Source: Cenarchaeum sp. (GTDB lineage: Archaea; Thermoproteota; Nitrososphaeria; Nitrososphaerales; Nitrosopumilaceae). Taken from it: 64,000 nucleotides of DNA. The position numbers were made by a program, and so were the translations under genes. Shown here in pieces: positions 1-9,785 of the stretch. Location of the stretch: positions 1,088,001 to 1,152,000 of the forward strand of contig OZ242221.1 of NCBI GenBank assembly GCA_965206845.1, read 5' to 3'. Below the pieces are notes generated by a model. That model did not search any database, was not told where the DNA came from, and saw nothing but the letters and a program-made list of their open reading frames with translations. Position 1 is the stretch's first letter. Every line of letters begins with the position of its first letter.

Positions 1-1045
1 TCTCCCGATCTTGGACAAGTCAAACATCGTCGACATAGGCGCCGGCATGACGCCGCTGCTCAGGGCCGACAGGCTCGGCAGCGAGCTGGGGATAGACAAC
101 CTGTACATAAAGAACGACTCTGTCAACCCAACCTTCTCGTTCAAGGACAGGCCTGCGGGCGTGGCCGTCTCCAAGTCCCTGGAGTTTGGCCTGTCCGCTG
201 TGGGCTGCGCGTCCACCGGAAACCTGTCGTCTGCCACCGCGGCGCACGCGGCAAGGGCCGGACTGCCATGTTACGTCTTTGCCCCCAGCGACATCGAGAT
301 GGCAAAGATCGCGCAGGCCCTCTCGTACGGGGCCAGGTACACCCCGATCAAGGGCACGTATGACGACGCAAACAGAATCGCCGCATACGTGGGGGACAGC
401 AAGGGGTATGGCATTGTAAACATCAACATGCGCTCGTACTATGTGGAGGGCTCCAAGACCCTGGCCTTTGAGGTCGCAGAGCAGCTGGGCTGGAGGGTGC
501 CGGATCACCTTGTGGTTCCTGTGGGCAGCGGCGCGATGCTCAACGCGATCTGCAAGGGCTTTGAGGAGCTGCAGCAGGCCTCCCTGCTGGGAGACGTCTC
601 ACAGATGAGCGTGGAGGCCGCACAAGCGCGGGGATGCGCGCCTGTCGTGGACGCGTTCAGGGGCAACCACAGGGAGGTGACGCCCGTCGAGCGCCCGGAC
701 ACCGTTGCCAAGAGCCTGGCCATCGGCGACCCAGGGGACGGCAGGTACGTCCTCAAGCGGCTCGCCCAGTATGGCGGCTCTGCGGATGACGCCACCGACC
801 AGGAGATCATGGACGCGATACTGCTGCTGGCAAGGACAGAGGGAGTGTTTACCGAGCCTGCCGGCGGCGTGTCTGTCGCGGCGCTCAGGAAGATGGCCGA
901 GTCGGGCAGAATCGACTCGGGCGACACCGTCGTGTGCTACATTACGGGCAACGGCCTCAAGTCGATCGAGCCACTGATGCGAGTCCTGCCAAGGCCCCAG
1001 GCGGTGGAGGCCGATCTGGGAAAGATCGCGGCGGTGATCAAGTAG
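1..1045 (+). CDS. thrC: Threonine synthase-like PLP enzyme (5' end probably outside the window)
   Basis: NPTFSFKDR PLP-lysine motif, CASTGN, VPVGSG, TEPAGG, ITGNGLK; the reading frame is open at the window start. Confidence 0.88.
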   Translation, partial: LPILDKSNIVDIGAGMTPLLRADRLGSELGIDNLYIKNDSVNPTFSFKDRPAGVAVSKSLEFGLSAVGCASTGNLSSATAAHAARAGLPCYVFAPSDIEMAKIAQALSYGARYTPIKGTYDDANRIAAYVGDSKGYGIVNINMRSYYVEGSKTLAFEVAEQLGWRVPDHLVVPVGSGAMLNAICKGFEELQQASLLGDVSQMSVEAAQARGCAPVVDAFRGNHREVTPVERPDTVAKSLAIGDPGDGRYVLKRLAQYGGSADDATDQEIMDAILLLARTEGVFTEPAGGVSVAALRKMAESGRIDSGDTVVCYITGNGLKSIEPLMRVLPRPQAVEADLGKIAAVIK

Positions 1046-2382
1046 TGGCCGACGTTACGTTCACGATTCCATCCGTCCTCAACAGCGGCGGCGGCGAGAG
1101 GAAGGTGCCGGTGTCCGCATCCAGCCTGGCAGACGCGTTCAGGGTGATCGCAGATCAGATGGGCGCCGACTTTGCAAGGAGGGTGCTTGACGACGACGGC
1201 TCGCCCAGGGCGCTGATCAACATATACATCAACGGCAAGAACGCCAAGTTTGCCGACGGCATCCAGACCGCCCTCAAGGACGGCGACGACATCTACATCC
1301 TTCCCGCGGTGGCCGGCGGCTCTGGAATGTCAGGCCGCGACCTTGACAGGTACTCAAGGCAGATAATGCTGGAGGAGATAGGCTACAACGGCCAGCTGGA
1401 CATCCGCAGGGCCAGGGTCTGCATAGTGGGCTCCGGCGGGCTGGGAAATCCGATAGCGTCGCGCCTCGTGGCCATGGGGGTGGGAACCGTGAGGCTGGTC
1501 GACAGGGACGTAATCGAGCTCTCAAACCTGCACCGCCAGACCCTGTTTGATGAGGGGGACGTGGGCCAGGTCAAGGTGGAGGCGGCGGCCGCACACCTGC
1601 GCAAGATGAACTCAGGCGTCCTGATCGAGCCGCTGGCTGTCTCTGTAAACATGTACAACGCGCCAGATGTGGTGGACGGATGCGACGTGGTGATCGACGC
1701 GCTGGACAGCGTCAGCGCAAGGTACGCGCTGAACCGGGCATGCGTCAAGAAGGGGATTCCGTTTGTCACGGGGGCCGCCGTGGGGACCTCGGGACAGGTC
1801 TTTACCGTCCTGCCGGGCAGGACTGCCTGCTACCACTGCATGTTTCCCGAGCTTGACGAGGACTCGATGCCCACATGCTCAATTGAGGGGGTGCATCCGC
1901 CGGTCCTCTCGATAGTGGCCGCCATCGAGGTGGCCGAGGCGGTCAAGATAATGCTGAAGAAGAGCCCCAACCTGTCAGAGCGCATACTGCATGTGGATAT
2001 CGAGAACCTTGACTTTTCGTTTACGCGCACGTTCCGGGCCGAGGAGTGCCCGGTGTGCGGCTCCGGCAGGGAGCGGGAGGCGCCAAGGCAGGAGATGATC
2101 ATCGAGGAGCTGTGCGGCCGCAACCGCGGCCGGCGCACGTTCTCACTGACGCCAACGCAGTCAGCGGATCTTGACATGGAGCGGGTCACGAGAATTGCAA
2201 GGGAGAAGGGGTTCACGGTGGACAACCAGGGCGATCTTGGGCTGTCCGTGCGCACGACCGACCTTGCCGTCAGCTTCATGAAAAAATGCTCGGCCGTGGT
2301 GGTGGGGCCCCGGGACGAGGACGAGGCGCTGCATCTCTACTGCTCCCTTCTGGGAAGGCCCCCGCTGGTCAAAAGCCGGTAG
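1045..2382 (+). CDS. MoaD/ThiS (SAMP-like) ubiquitin-fold domain fused to a ThiF/MoeB (E1-like) adenylyltransferase
   Basis: GTG start overlaps the thrC stop; ILPAVAGG end of a ubiquitin-like domain, then RYSRQ, GSGGLG, DRDVIELSNLHRQ, CYHC and CPVC Zn motifs. Confidence 0.88.
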   Translation: MADVTFTIPSVLNSGGGERKVPVSASSLADAFRVIADQMGADFARRVLDDDGSPRALINIYINGKNAKFADGIQTALKDGDDIYILPAVAGGSGMSGRDLDRYSRQIMLEEIGYNGQLDIRRARVCIVGSGGLGNPIASRLVAMGVGTVRLVDRDVIELSNLHRQTLFDEGDVGQVKVEAAAAHLRKMNSGVLIEPLAVSVNMYNAPDVVDGCDVVIDALDSVSARYALNRACVKKGIPFVTGAAVGTSGQVFTVLPGRTACYHCMFPELDEDSMPTCSIEGVHPPVLSIVAAIEVAEAVKIMLKKSPNLSERILHVDIENLDFSFTRTFRAEECPVCGSGREREAPRQEMIIEELCGRNRGRRTFSLTPTQSADLDMERVTRIAREKGFTVDNQGDLGLSVRTTDLAVSFMKKCSAVVVGPRDEDEALHLYCSLLGRPPLVKSR

Positions 2383-2422
2383 GTTCCCGTTCCGCCGCGC
2401 GCGGCGGGTGCCCCACGGCGGG

Positions 2423-5400
2423 CTACAGCTCCAGATCAAAGAACCTGGCGGTGACCGAGAACGGCTCGGTGAAGTTCCCGCCGCCAAACAGCGTCGAGTG
2501 CATCATCATGCCGTAGGTGCCGGTCTGGTTTATGGGTACCTGCAGCAGCGTGGATGTGGCGTTGAGGCCGCTCACGTGGAAGAAGCCCCCTCCGCCGGAG
2601 AAGCTGGTGGATCCCAGCCAGTCGTTGCTGGGCCAGCCGGCCAGGTGCCCAAAGACCCCCGAGGGCACGTTTGTCTGGATTATCTGTCCCGCGGGATCGA
2701 TTACGAACACCGACATGCTGCTGTTCTCGTCGCTCCAGGACACCTTGATGGCGGCCGAGTCTATGTCGGGGTCGCTGATCTCAAAGTGGTAGTGGCGCCA
2801 GTCCCCGGCCATGTACCTGCTCAGCATGTCAAAGGAGCCCTTGACGTACCCGTTGCCGTACATGACGTCGTTTGTGTCATGCCCCCCTATGCGTACCGTG
2901 ACGTCATTGGAGTCTATGGCCTCCTTTACTACATAGGAGACGGGCGCGTGCACCGCGCTGCGCTCCCCCTCAAAGGTGATCACTCCCTGGTACACGCCGA
3001 CGGCCGCACCATGAGGGGCTACCACCGTGGCAGTCACTTCGGCGGTGCCCCTGCCGGGCACGTACGCCTCCCGATCGTCCACCCACACAGCTCCCCAGTC
3101 GCCCCGGGAGTAGTAGGATGCCGACAGCGTGTAGTCTATTGCCGTGGCGTTGTTCTCGGTGAGACCCAGCCAGTACGAGTACCGGCTCGGCACCGGATAC
3201 ACGCCCACCACCGGCTCGTGCTGGAACTTCGAGTCGGGATCCGTCACCCTCATCTCCTGGACAGTGCCCCAGGAGCCGGCCCGGCTGACCATCGACAGCT
3301 CGTCGCTGGATATCCGGGTGTTGCCGTCTGTGTCGTTCCAGTCGTACAGGTACAGCGAGGCGATCTTCATGTCATCGGCATAGATGACAGAGTCGGTGCT
3401 GTTCATGAAGGCGTCAAAGTCAAACGTGAGGCCCAGGATCATCAGGGCGGCATCCTCGGGCACGGGATACCGGTAGTCAAAGTAGTCTGCCAGCGTGTCA
3501 AACCCCTTGACGTCTGAGAGCCGGATGTAGTTTGGCGCATAGATGCCTGAGCTGTTCAGCACCGGGTCCTGCTCGTGGGGTGAGGTGGTTCCTTGGTACT
3601 CGGTCCTCTTTATCAGCTGCAGCGTCTGCGGCGTGACAGAGACGTTTATGGGCAGGATCGAGGGGTTCTCGATGGTGAACGTGGTCGTGCTCCGCTGGCC
3701 GGCCTCCATGCGCCCGGCAAACCAGGAGGTGGCCGGCAGCGCCGTGTCGGGAAGCACGAACCTCTCGGCCCCGAACCCGGTATGGTTTACCGCTTGCATG
3801 GCCTCGGCCAGTGCAGCCCTGACGTTGCCGTAGGTGGAGTTGTTGTGGACTATGAACTGTCCGGGCTCGCCGCGGGCATACGCCACCGCCCGGGTCGCGT
3901 TGACCAGTCCGCTGCCCTGGGTCAGCGGATCGTTGCCCAGGTCGCTGGCAGTGGACATCAGGATGCTCTTTATCAGAAACGGATCCGCATCGGCTCCGCG
4001 GTCCCGCAGCGCCTCGATCACCAGCGCCGCGCTGCCTGCCACCACAGGGGCCGCCATGCTGGTGCCGCCGTACAGGGAGAACGGGTTGTTCTCCGGTTCC
4101 CGGACCGACTCGGTCACCGGCGCCGGCACAAAGCCATAGGCCCCTATCCCCATGATGTCCGGCTTGGGATCGCCTATGATGCCCGGGCCGCGGCCTGAAA
4201 AGTCCACCACGTGGTTCCGGTGCGCGGTGGTGTTGCCGAAGCGCGGCTCCCCGTCAAAGCTGCTGTATCCCACAAACACGTTGTTCGTGGTGGCCCCGAC
4301 GGTGATCCCAAAGGACGCGGTAGCAGGTACCGACATGGCGCCGTATCCTGGACCGGAGTTTCCTCCGCTGGTCACCATTGTGATGCCCGGGTAGTCCGGA
4401 TGCATGGACTTTGGCGTTACTATGGCGTTGTTGATCAGGGACAGGACATCCATGCCTGGTGCCGCATCCAGGTTGGGAAACGCGGAGACTCCCCAGCTGT
4501 TGGAGACTATGTCCGCCCTGGTCTGGTTCGAGTAGGTCCAGGAGGTGTCGTGGTTGTCAAACCCGGCAGCCCACATCCACGCGTACAGCACGTCACCAAA
4601 CCACAGGACCTTGATGGGGAGTATCTCGACCTCGGACGCCACGCCGGCGATGTTGAACTTTTCACCGGTACCGTAGATGTCGTACTCCCTCTGGCCTGCA
4701 GACGCAACGGTGGCGGCGCTAGCAGAGCCGTGTCCATAATAGTCAGTCATCAGGCCAAAGAAGTTGCCTGCGGGATCCATCGGGGGCAGGAGCGTACCGT
4801 TGACTGCGCCCAGCGCATCCACCTCTTCGGCTGTGTAGTCCGGCTCGATGACGCTGTGGACGTCTAGCACCCACGCGCCCACCGTGCCGCTACTGTAGTT
4901 GTCCCTTCCGTCCCCGTCAGAGTCGTACACCAGAAACTCCTTGCCCTCCCCCAGCTGTATCTGGGTCTCGTCGGTAAAGTCAAAGTCATAGTCCGGACTC
5001 TCCCTGGGCTCCAGATCGAACCTGGTATAGTCCTCCCAAGAGGTGGACATGTCAGGAATTATGGTGTCGTATACGCCGGCCTCCTCTGCGTCCACCACAA
5101 GTATGGGCACCACCTGCGCCGCAAGGAAGATCCCGCCGGGCGCCGGCTGGTATATGACGCCCAGGTGATATACGCCGCTCTGCGATACGATATAGTCGCG
5201 GTTGTCCGTCCCTATCTTCAGGTCGTTTATCATGGTGCCGTTGAGGACCGGACTGCTGCCGCCATACGGGTAAAACGCGTTGTACACCTGGATCGTGGTT
5301 CCCGTGTTCCCCTGGTTCAGGTCCAGGAACACGCCGTCGTCTGAGACGTATACCCGGGAGGTCGCCCCCTCAGGCAGGTCGCCGGTGTAGTTTCGCATGA

Positions 5401-5998
5401 CGCCGAACTCGTCTATGTTGGCAACAAACGTGGCGTTTGTAAGCACGATGCCCTGGCCGTCGGCGTCAAGCATTATGGGCCTGTTCAGCTCGTCGCGGGC
5501 AAGGGAGTCGCGTATGTCGGTGTTTGAAAAGTCCACGCCGGTGTCGGCGATGCCGACTGTAACGCCCGAACCCTGATACCCCAGGGCGCGGTTCACATGC
5601 CTGGAGCCCACGATGTCGCCGATTCCTGAAGCGTCGCCGCCCATCGAGTCAAACTCCAGCTCAAAGTCCTCTATCACGTGGTATCCCATCCTCTCCATGG
5701 ATGCTCTCGCGTTCTCCGGAAATGCGCCCACGGAGAGAAATCCCGTATCCGTCCTTGCCGTGTATGCCATATTCTCCGCAACCTGCGGGAGCCAGTTGCC
5801 GGTGCCTTGGCCAAACACTATGTAGCGTCTGGGAGGTTCGCCCTCCGTCCAGGCGGCCCCGTCCATGTGTATGATGCCTGACTCCGTGGGTGCGGGTCGG
5901 GCCTCCTCGCGGACCTGCGGCAGATCGCCGCCGAGCAGTCCGTAGGCGGTGCCTGATATCAGTGACGCCGTCACGATCACTGCTATCAGTCTGATCAT
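2423..5998 (-). CDS. Secreted subtilisin-like S8 serine peptidase
   Basis: Signal peptide; catalytic motifs ADTGVD, HGSASA, SGGNSG, GGTSMAAP. Confidence 0.9.
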   Translation of the reverse strand: MIRLIAVIVTASLISGTAYGLLGGDLPQVREEARPAPTESGIIHMDGAAWTEGEPPRRYIVFGQGTGNWLPQVAENMAYTARTDTGFLSVGAFPENARASMERMGYHVIEDFELEFDSMGGDASGIGDIVGSRHVNRALGYQGSGVTVGIADTGVDFSNTDIRDSLARDELNRPIMLDADGQGIVLTNATFVANIDEFGVMRNYTGDLPEGATSRVYVSDDGVFLDLNQGNTGTTIQVYNAFYPYGGSSPVLNGTMINDLKIGTDNRDYIVSQSGVYHLGVIYQPAPGGIFLAAQVVPILVVDAEEAGVYDTIIPDMSTSWEDYTRFDLEPRESPDYDFDFTDETQIQLGEGKEFLVYDSDGDGRDNYSSGTVGAWVLDVHSVIEPDYTAEEVDALGAVNGTLLPPMDPAGNFFGLMTDYYGHGSASAATVASAGQREYDIYGTGEKFNIAGVASEVEILPIKVLWFGDVLYAWMWAAGFDNHDTSWTYSNQTRADIVSNSWGVSAFPNLDAAPGMDVLSLINNAIVTPKSMHPDYPGITMVTSGGNSGPGYGAMSVPATASFGITVGATTNNVFVGYSSFDGEPRFGNTTAHRNHVVDFSGRGPGIIGDPKPDIMGIGAYGFVPAPVTESVREPENNPFSLYGGTSMAAPVVAGSAALVIEALRDRGADADPFLIKSILMSTASDLGNDPLTQGSGLVNATRAVAYARGEPGQFIVHNNSTYGNVRAALAEAMQAVNHTGFGAERFVLPDTALPATSWFAGRMEAGQRSTTTFTIENPSILPINVSVTPQTLQLIKRTEYQGTTSPHEQDPVLNSSGIYAPNYIRLSDVKGFDTLADYFDYRYPVPEDAALMILGLTFDFDAFMNSTDSVIYADDMKIASLYLYDWNDTDGNTRISSDELSMVSRAGSWGTVQEMRVTDPDSKFQHEPVVGVYPVPSRYSYWLGLTENNATAIDYTLSASYYSRGDWGAVWVDDREAYVPGRGTAEVTATVVAPHGAAVGVYQGVITFEGERSAVHAPVSYVVKEAIDSNDVTVRIGGHDTNDVMYGNGYVKGSFDMLSRYMAGDWRHYHFEISDPDIDSAAIKVSWSDENSSMSVFVIDPAGQIIQTNVPSGVFGHLAGWPSNDWLGSTSFSGGGGFFHVSGLNATSTLLQVPINQTGTYGMMMHSTLFGGGNFTEPFSVTARFFDLEL

Positions 5999-6050
5999 GG
6001 CTCAGATATGCCGGTTCTGTATAAAAGCCATTGTTTGCGGGGCTGCCTGC

Positions 6051-7028
6051 CTACCTGCGGCGCGCCAGTATGGCTATCTGCAGGGCCACTATTATTGCAA
6101 TGGATCCCACAATGGGAAACAGCAACGAGTTGAGCTGCAGTGACGCCTCCACTATGTTGTCGACCGACGCGGACATGAACCTGACGCTGGAATCGATGGT
6201 CTGGTTTGCTCCCTCCAGCGTGGAGCCAAATCCCGCTATCTCCGCCTTGAGTACCCCAAGCTCCGTGGATGTCTCATTGAGGGCGCTGTTGAGTCGGATG
6301 ATCTGCTCTGAGATGCTCTCGATATCCTGGCTCATTACCGTGGTGGCCACAGAGCCGTGGGAGGTTGTGCCCTGATGGAATGCCACCACGTGGAATATGT
6401 AGGTGCCCAGCTGCCGGGGCGTATAGTCCACAAAGTGCAGTCCGCGGTGAAGCGTGTCAAAGCTCTCGGTGATGTCCTGTACGGTTCCGTCGGGCAGGTG
6501 GATGTGACTTGTGTCCAGTATCTCGTCTGGGGATCCCTCGATGAGGAGTCCGTCGCTCGTGGTCTGCACAAAGACTCTCAGCGAGGATCCCAAGGCGGCG
6601 GTCTCGGGCGCAAACACCAGGGTGCTGATGCTCCGCTCGATGGGAACCTGGACAAGATCAGACGAGGGCGCAAACCTGATGTCGATCGACTGTGACAGCG
6701 CCGGGTCTACAGTGCCTATGATCTCGATGGCATAGGTGCCGTAGGGAAAGTCAGTCGAGGCCTGGGGCCACACCAGCAGGACATGGTTGAACGTCCCGTC
6801 CTCTCTTGTGATCTCTATCTGGTCGAACTTGGCAAAGGCGCCATCGGGCGCGCGCAGCCTTATGATGAGATTCTCCCCGGACTCGGCGGTTCCATACAGA
6901 AGGAGCGGCTGGCCGCTGGCGTACACCACGTTGTCTGCAAATATCTCGGCCGCACTGGCGCTCTGGGTTCCGGCGGCGGTTGCCGCGGTGACCATGAGCA
7001 GCGCCATCAGCGGCACGGTTGTTCTCAT
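6051..7028 (-). CDS. Exported, C-terminally membrane-anchored hypothetical protein with a coiled-coil segment
   Basis: N-terminal signal peptide, heptad-like region, C-terminal TM helix ending ARRR. Confidence 0.75.
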   Translation of the reverse strand: MRTTVPLMALLMVTAATAAGTQSASAAEIFADNVVYASGQPLLLYGTAESGENLIIRLRAPDGAFAKFDQIEITREDGTFNHVLLVWPQASTDFPYGTYAIEIIGTVDPALSQSIDIRFAPSSDLVQVPIERSISTLVFAPETAALGSSLRVFVQTTSDGLLIEGSPDEILDTSHIHLPDGTVQDITESFDTLHRGLHFVDYTPRQLGTYIFHVVAFHQGTTSHGSVATTVMSQDIESISEQIIRLNSALNETSTELGVLKAEIAGFGSTLEGANQTIDSSVRFMSASVDNIVEASLQLNSLLFPIVGSIAIIVALQIAILARRR

Positions 7029-7201
7029 TCAGATCCCTGATTGGTCTGCTACTAGATATTGGTTCTGTTTTTATAACTCTGTTTCCTAATTATTTCCAGT
7101 CACGCCTAATGGCTCCAAAATCAGGCCAGACTAGGCACGCCAACTGAATTTGAGCATCATATCAAGCATTTTCAACAAGAAGCCATATTGATCAGAGAGG
7201 C

Positions 7202-7729
7202 GTGCCGGTAGTCAGGCTGCGAAACATGACCACAAACACCTCCTCTCCGAATACACCCGACCCACATAATACTAAAAAATCTTTCAATCCGAAAAAATGC
7301 AGGCTCCAGTACGATGACCGCAAGTACATAAACCGTGGTCGGCTGTACGTGCTTCAGATAAGCATGGCGATCCTAAAACAGGGCCTGGAGGAGCTAAATC
7401 ATGGAAAGGTCGGCCGTCCGTTTGGCTTTTCAAACGCATGCTTTGCGGCAGCATCCCTGTTCAGAAACGCCACGGGCATAAAGTACAGGCAGCTGCAGGG
7501 CCTGGCAGAGACAATCGTCGGCAAGGTAAACGCACCCACATACTCGGCATTCCAGAAGAGGATGACAAAACTCAGCTGCACTTTTGATGAGAAAGGCAGT
7601 GGCAATACGGCTGCCGCATGGTTCTCAGATGGCAGCACGAGAACCGAGATAAGCCTGTTTGCCTTTGACTCCACCGGGCTCAAGCCTACAAACCGCGGTG
7701 ACTGGATGACAGCAAAGTGGGGCACGAGG
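7202..7729 (+). pseudogene. Truncated IS5-family (IS903-like) transposase
   Basis: GRPFGFS, YRQLQG, PTYSAFQKR, FAFDSTGLK..RGDW..KWG (first catalytic Asp); homology stops where an inverted-repeat element begins at 7730. Confidence 0.75.
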
Positions 7730-7859
7730 AACTTTGTTTCCCAATCCAAACATTTCGCACTTTTACGATTAATTTGATCCGTAAACAGCGTCAAGTCGCA
7801 CGAGAATCGTGTTCCTTGTGGCAACTCAGATGCGTTTATCGAAATTGGGAAACAAAGTT
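7730..7859. mobile_element. 130-bp MITE-like element (family D)
   Basis: Perfect 16-bp terminal inverted repeat AACTTTGTTTCCCAAT (7730-7745 / 7844-7859); non-coding interior; no TSD seen. Confidence 0.65.
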
Positions 7860-7902
7860 TGCAAAGCGCAAAGGATATTAAATAATGCGCCGGACTGATG
7901 GC

Positions 7903-8034
7903 ATGGCACGACGCTCGATACCGGTATGCTTTACCAAGGAGCAGCTGAAGAAGCTGGAGGAGTACGGCAGGCAGAACGGCACACTCAACTCAAGCCAGGC
8001 ACTTGAGAAGCTGATCAAAAACGCTCGGACATAA
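7903..8034 (+). CDS. Small ribbon-helix-helix (CopG-like) protein, 43 aa, not in the ORF track
   Basis: MARRSIPVCFTKEQLKKLEEYGRQNGTLNSSQALEKLIKNART; beta-strand plus two helices; TTAAATA box about 25 nt upstream. Confidence 0.65.
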   Translation: MARRSIPVCFTKEQLKKLEEYGRQNGTLNSSQALEKLIKNART

Positions 8035-8247
8035 CCACATCCGTCTTTTTTCCCACCCATGCGACGCCGGATCCGCGGATCGGGAGATCCCGGCCCCTGC
8101 GCGCAAGGACCGGCCTGCGGTTGAGCTGCGTCCTACAGACATAGCCAAACGCGCCAAATCGACAGAGCCAATTCCAGTTCACATATGCCCGTAGGACACA
8201 GCCATGCGGTTGCCAAGACTTGAATAGACGTGGCACCCATATGGTGT

Positions 8248-8442
8248 ATGTCACTGGGGATCTACATAGCCGTATTGGTACTGGCGATCGTTGCCGTTGT
8301 GATGGTAAAGCTGATTCGCAGCACCAGCAAGACGAGCGCGCTCTCCATGCAGAGCAGATGCACGACATGCGGCCGCAAAAAGGGGTTCCTAAAGTGCCCG
8401 TTCTGCCATCCGAGCACCGACGACCGGCCACCGGAGTGGTAG
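8248..8442 (+). CDS. Small membrane protein with a C-terminal Zn ribbon
   Basis: One TM helix, then CTTC...CPFC. Confidence 0.6.
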   Translation: MSLGIYIAVLVLAIVAVVMVKLIRSTSKTSALSMQSRCTTCGRKKGFLKCPFCHPSTDDRPPEW

Positions 8443-8560
8443 CCGCATCCACAAACCGCTATAATCTAATGGATTTTGCAAGATTTTTCATGGATTACCT
8501 AAGAACTATATGTCATCATGTGAATAATCTTATAAAAAACACCATATATGCATAAAATTC

Positions 8561-8580
8561 ATATTAAAATATTAAATACT
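8561..8580 (+). promoter_or_regulatory. Putative archaeal TATA box in an AT-rich intergenic region
   Basis: ATATTAAAATATTAAATA about 25 nt upstream of ATG 8600 and ahead of the structured element. Confidence 0.45.
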
Positions 8581-8632
8581 AAATTTGCGTAGGATAACCA
8601 TGCCGATGGGTCTAACCTCTATCGACTAATCG

Positions 8633-8726
8633 GGCGTGATCCCGCAGGACAAATGGTGAAAACAGACCAACGCGTGTCTGGAAGGGGAGGAAATCTCCCA
8701 TGGTCCTGCAGTTTAGGGATCACGCC
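8633..8726 (+). ncRNA. Candidate structured non-coding RNA (three-way junction on a long closing stem)
   Basis: Perfect stems 8633-43/8716-26 (11 bp), 8644-50/8703-09 (7 bp), 8663-67/8676-80, 8685-89/8695-99; purine-rich junctions. Confidence 0.5.
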
Positions 8727-8747
8727 ATTGTCTTGTTCCTGCGGGTG

Positions 8748-9785
8748 TCACCTCTGCGCATCGGCGCGTCTCAGGTCGGCGAGCCTCCTCTTGATAAACT
8801 CTATCGGCTCAACCGGAGTGGGATCCGTTCCTGACATGACCGCCCTGTATATGGTGGAGTAGTCCAGGAGGTAGATCAGGTTGATCATCTTCCCAAGTAT
8901 GTTTCCGTCCACCGAATGGATGTCATTGTGCTCGATGCCCCTCTCTGCAAAGAACTCCTTCAAAACGGCCCACCTCTCCTTGGTCTTCTGGTGGTCATCG
9001 GCCCCGTGGATCAGGATCGGCCTGATGCCGGACGGGCCGCACCAGGACACAATTCCGTTGTGGCATGCCTCTATGACGTCCTCGGTGATGGCGTGCATCT
9101 TTGCGTTCTCCTGCAGCGAGTTCTTGAATCTTGTTGCGGCTGCCTGCAGTCCCCAAGGGTAGTATACCATGGGAATGCCGGTAAGCCACCGGGCCAGGGA
9201 TATGGCCGGGTTCTCCACGCAGAGGTTGGAGGACGAGATCCTCTCTCCTGTCTCCTGTATCTTCTTCAGCGAGTCGGTAATGTCGCGTCTCATTACGGGC
9301 AGGAACGACTCGAGAACCCTGAGTATGGAGAACATGTATGCGGGAAACGACGCCCGCGAGGAGTGCGCCATGGGAATCTTCCTGTAATTGATCCCCTTTT
9401 TGGCGCAGAACTCCTCCATCCTTCCGCCGCTGGAGAACGCAGCCACCTGGCACCCAAGGGATGCCGCCTTTGCCAGCACGTTGAGCGTCTCCTCGGTGTT
9501 GCCGGAGATGCTGGTGGTAACCACCAGGCTCTTTGAGCTGACCGTTCTGGGCAGCTGGTACCCCTTGACCACGTCCACGTGAATGGCGGTCTTGGAGAGG
9601 ATTGCCGAGAACACGTCCCCGATCGTCCCGGATCCGCCCATGCCTGCAAAGACCACGTGTGAGATCTCATCCAGGTCTATGGCGGGCAGATCTGTCCCGT
9701 AGAACTCCGAGGCCGTCTCGGGCCAGGTGTCGTAAGCCTTGTGCATGTTCTGCCTGTCGAATCTTTTTAGCGTGTTAGTATCCAT
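8748..9785 (-). CDS. Bifunctional phosphoglucose/phosphomannose isomerase (SIS domain)
   Basis: GMGGSG, SISGNTEET, RFKNSLQENAK, EACHN motifs. Confidence 0.88.
   Translation of the reverse strand: MDTNTLKRFDRQNMHKAYDTWPETASEFYGTDLPAIDLDEISHVVFAGMGGSGTIGDVFSAILSKTAIHVDVVKGYQLPRTVSSKSLVVTTSISGNTEETLNVLAKAASLGCQVAAFSSGGRMEEFCAKKGINYRKIPMAHSSRASFPAYMFSILRVLESFLPVMRRDITDSLKKIQETGERISSSNLCVENPAISLARWLTGIPMVYYPWGLQAAATRFKNSLQENAKMHAITEDVIEACHNGIVSWCGPSGIRPILIHGADDHQKTKERWAVLKEFFAERGIEHNDIHSVDGNILGKMINLIYLLDYSTIYRAVMSGTDPTPVEPIEFIKRRLADLRRADAQR

Noticed and set aside
8644-8709. Hammerhead ribozyme call for the structured element
   Set aside because: The core reads ATGGTGA/GAAG rather than CTGANGA/GAAA and lacks a proper NUH site; kept only as an unknown RNA.
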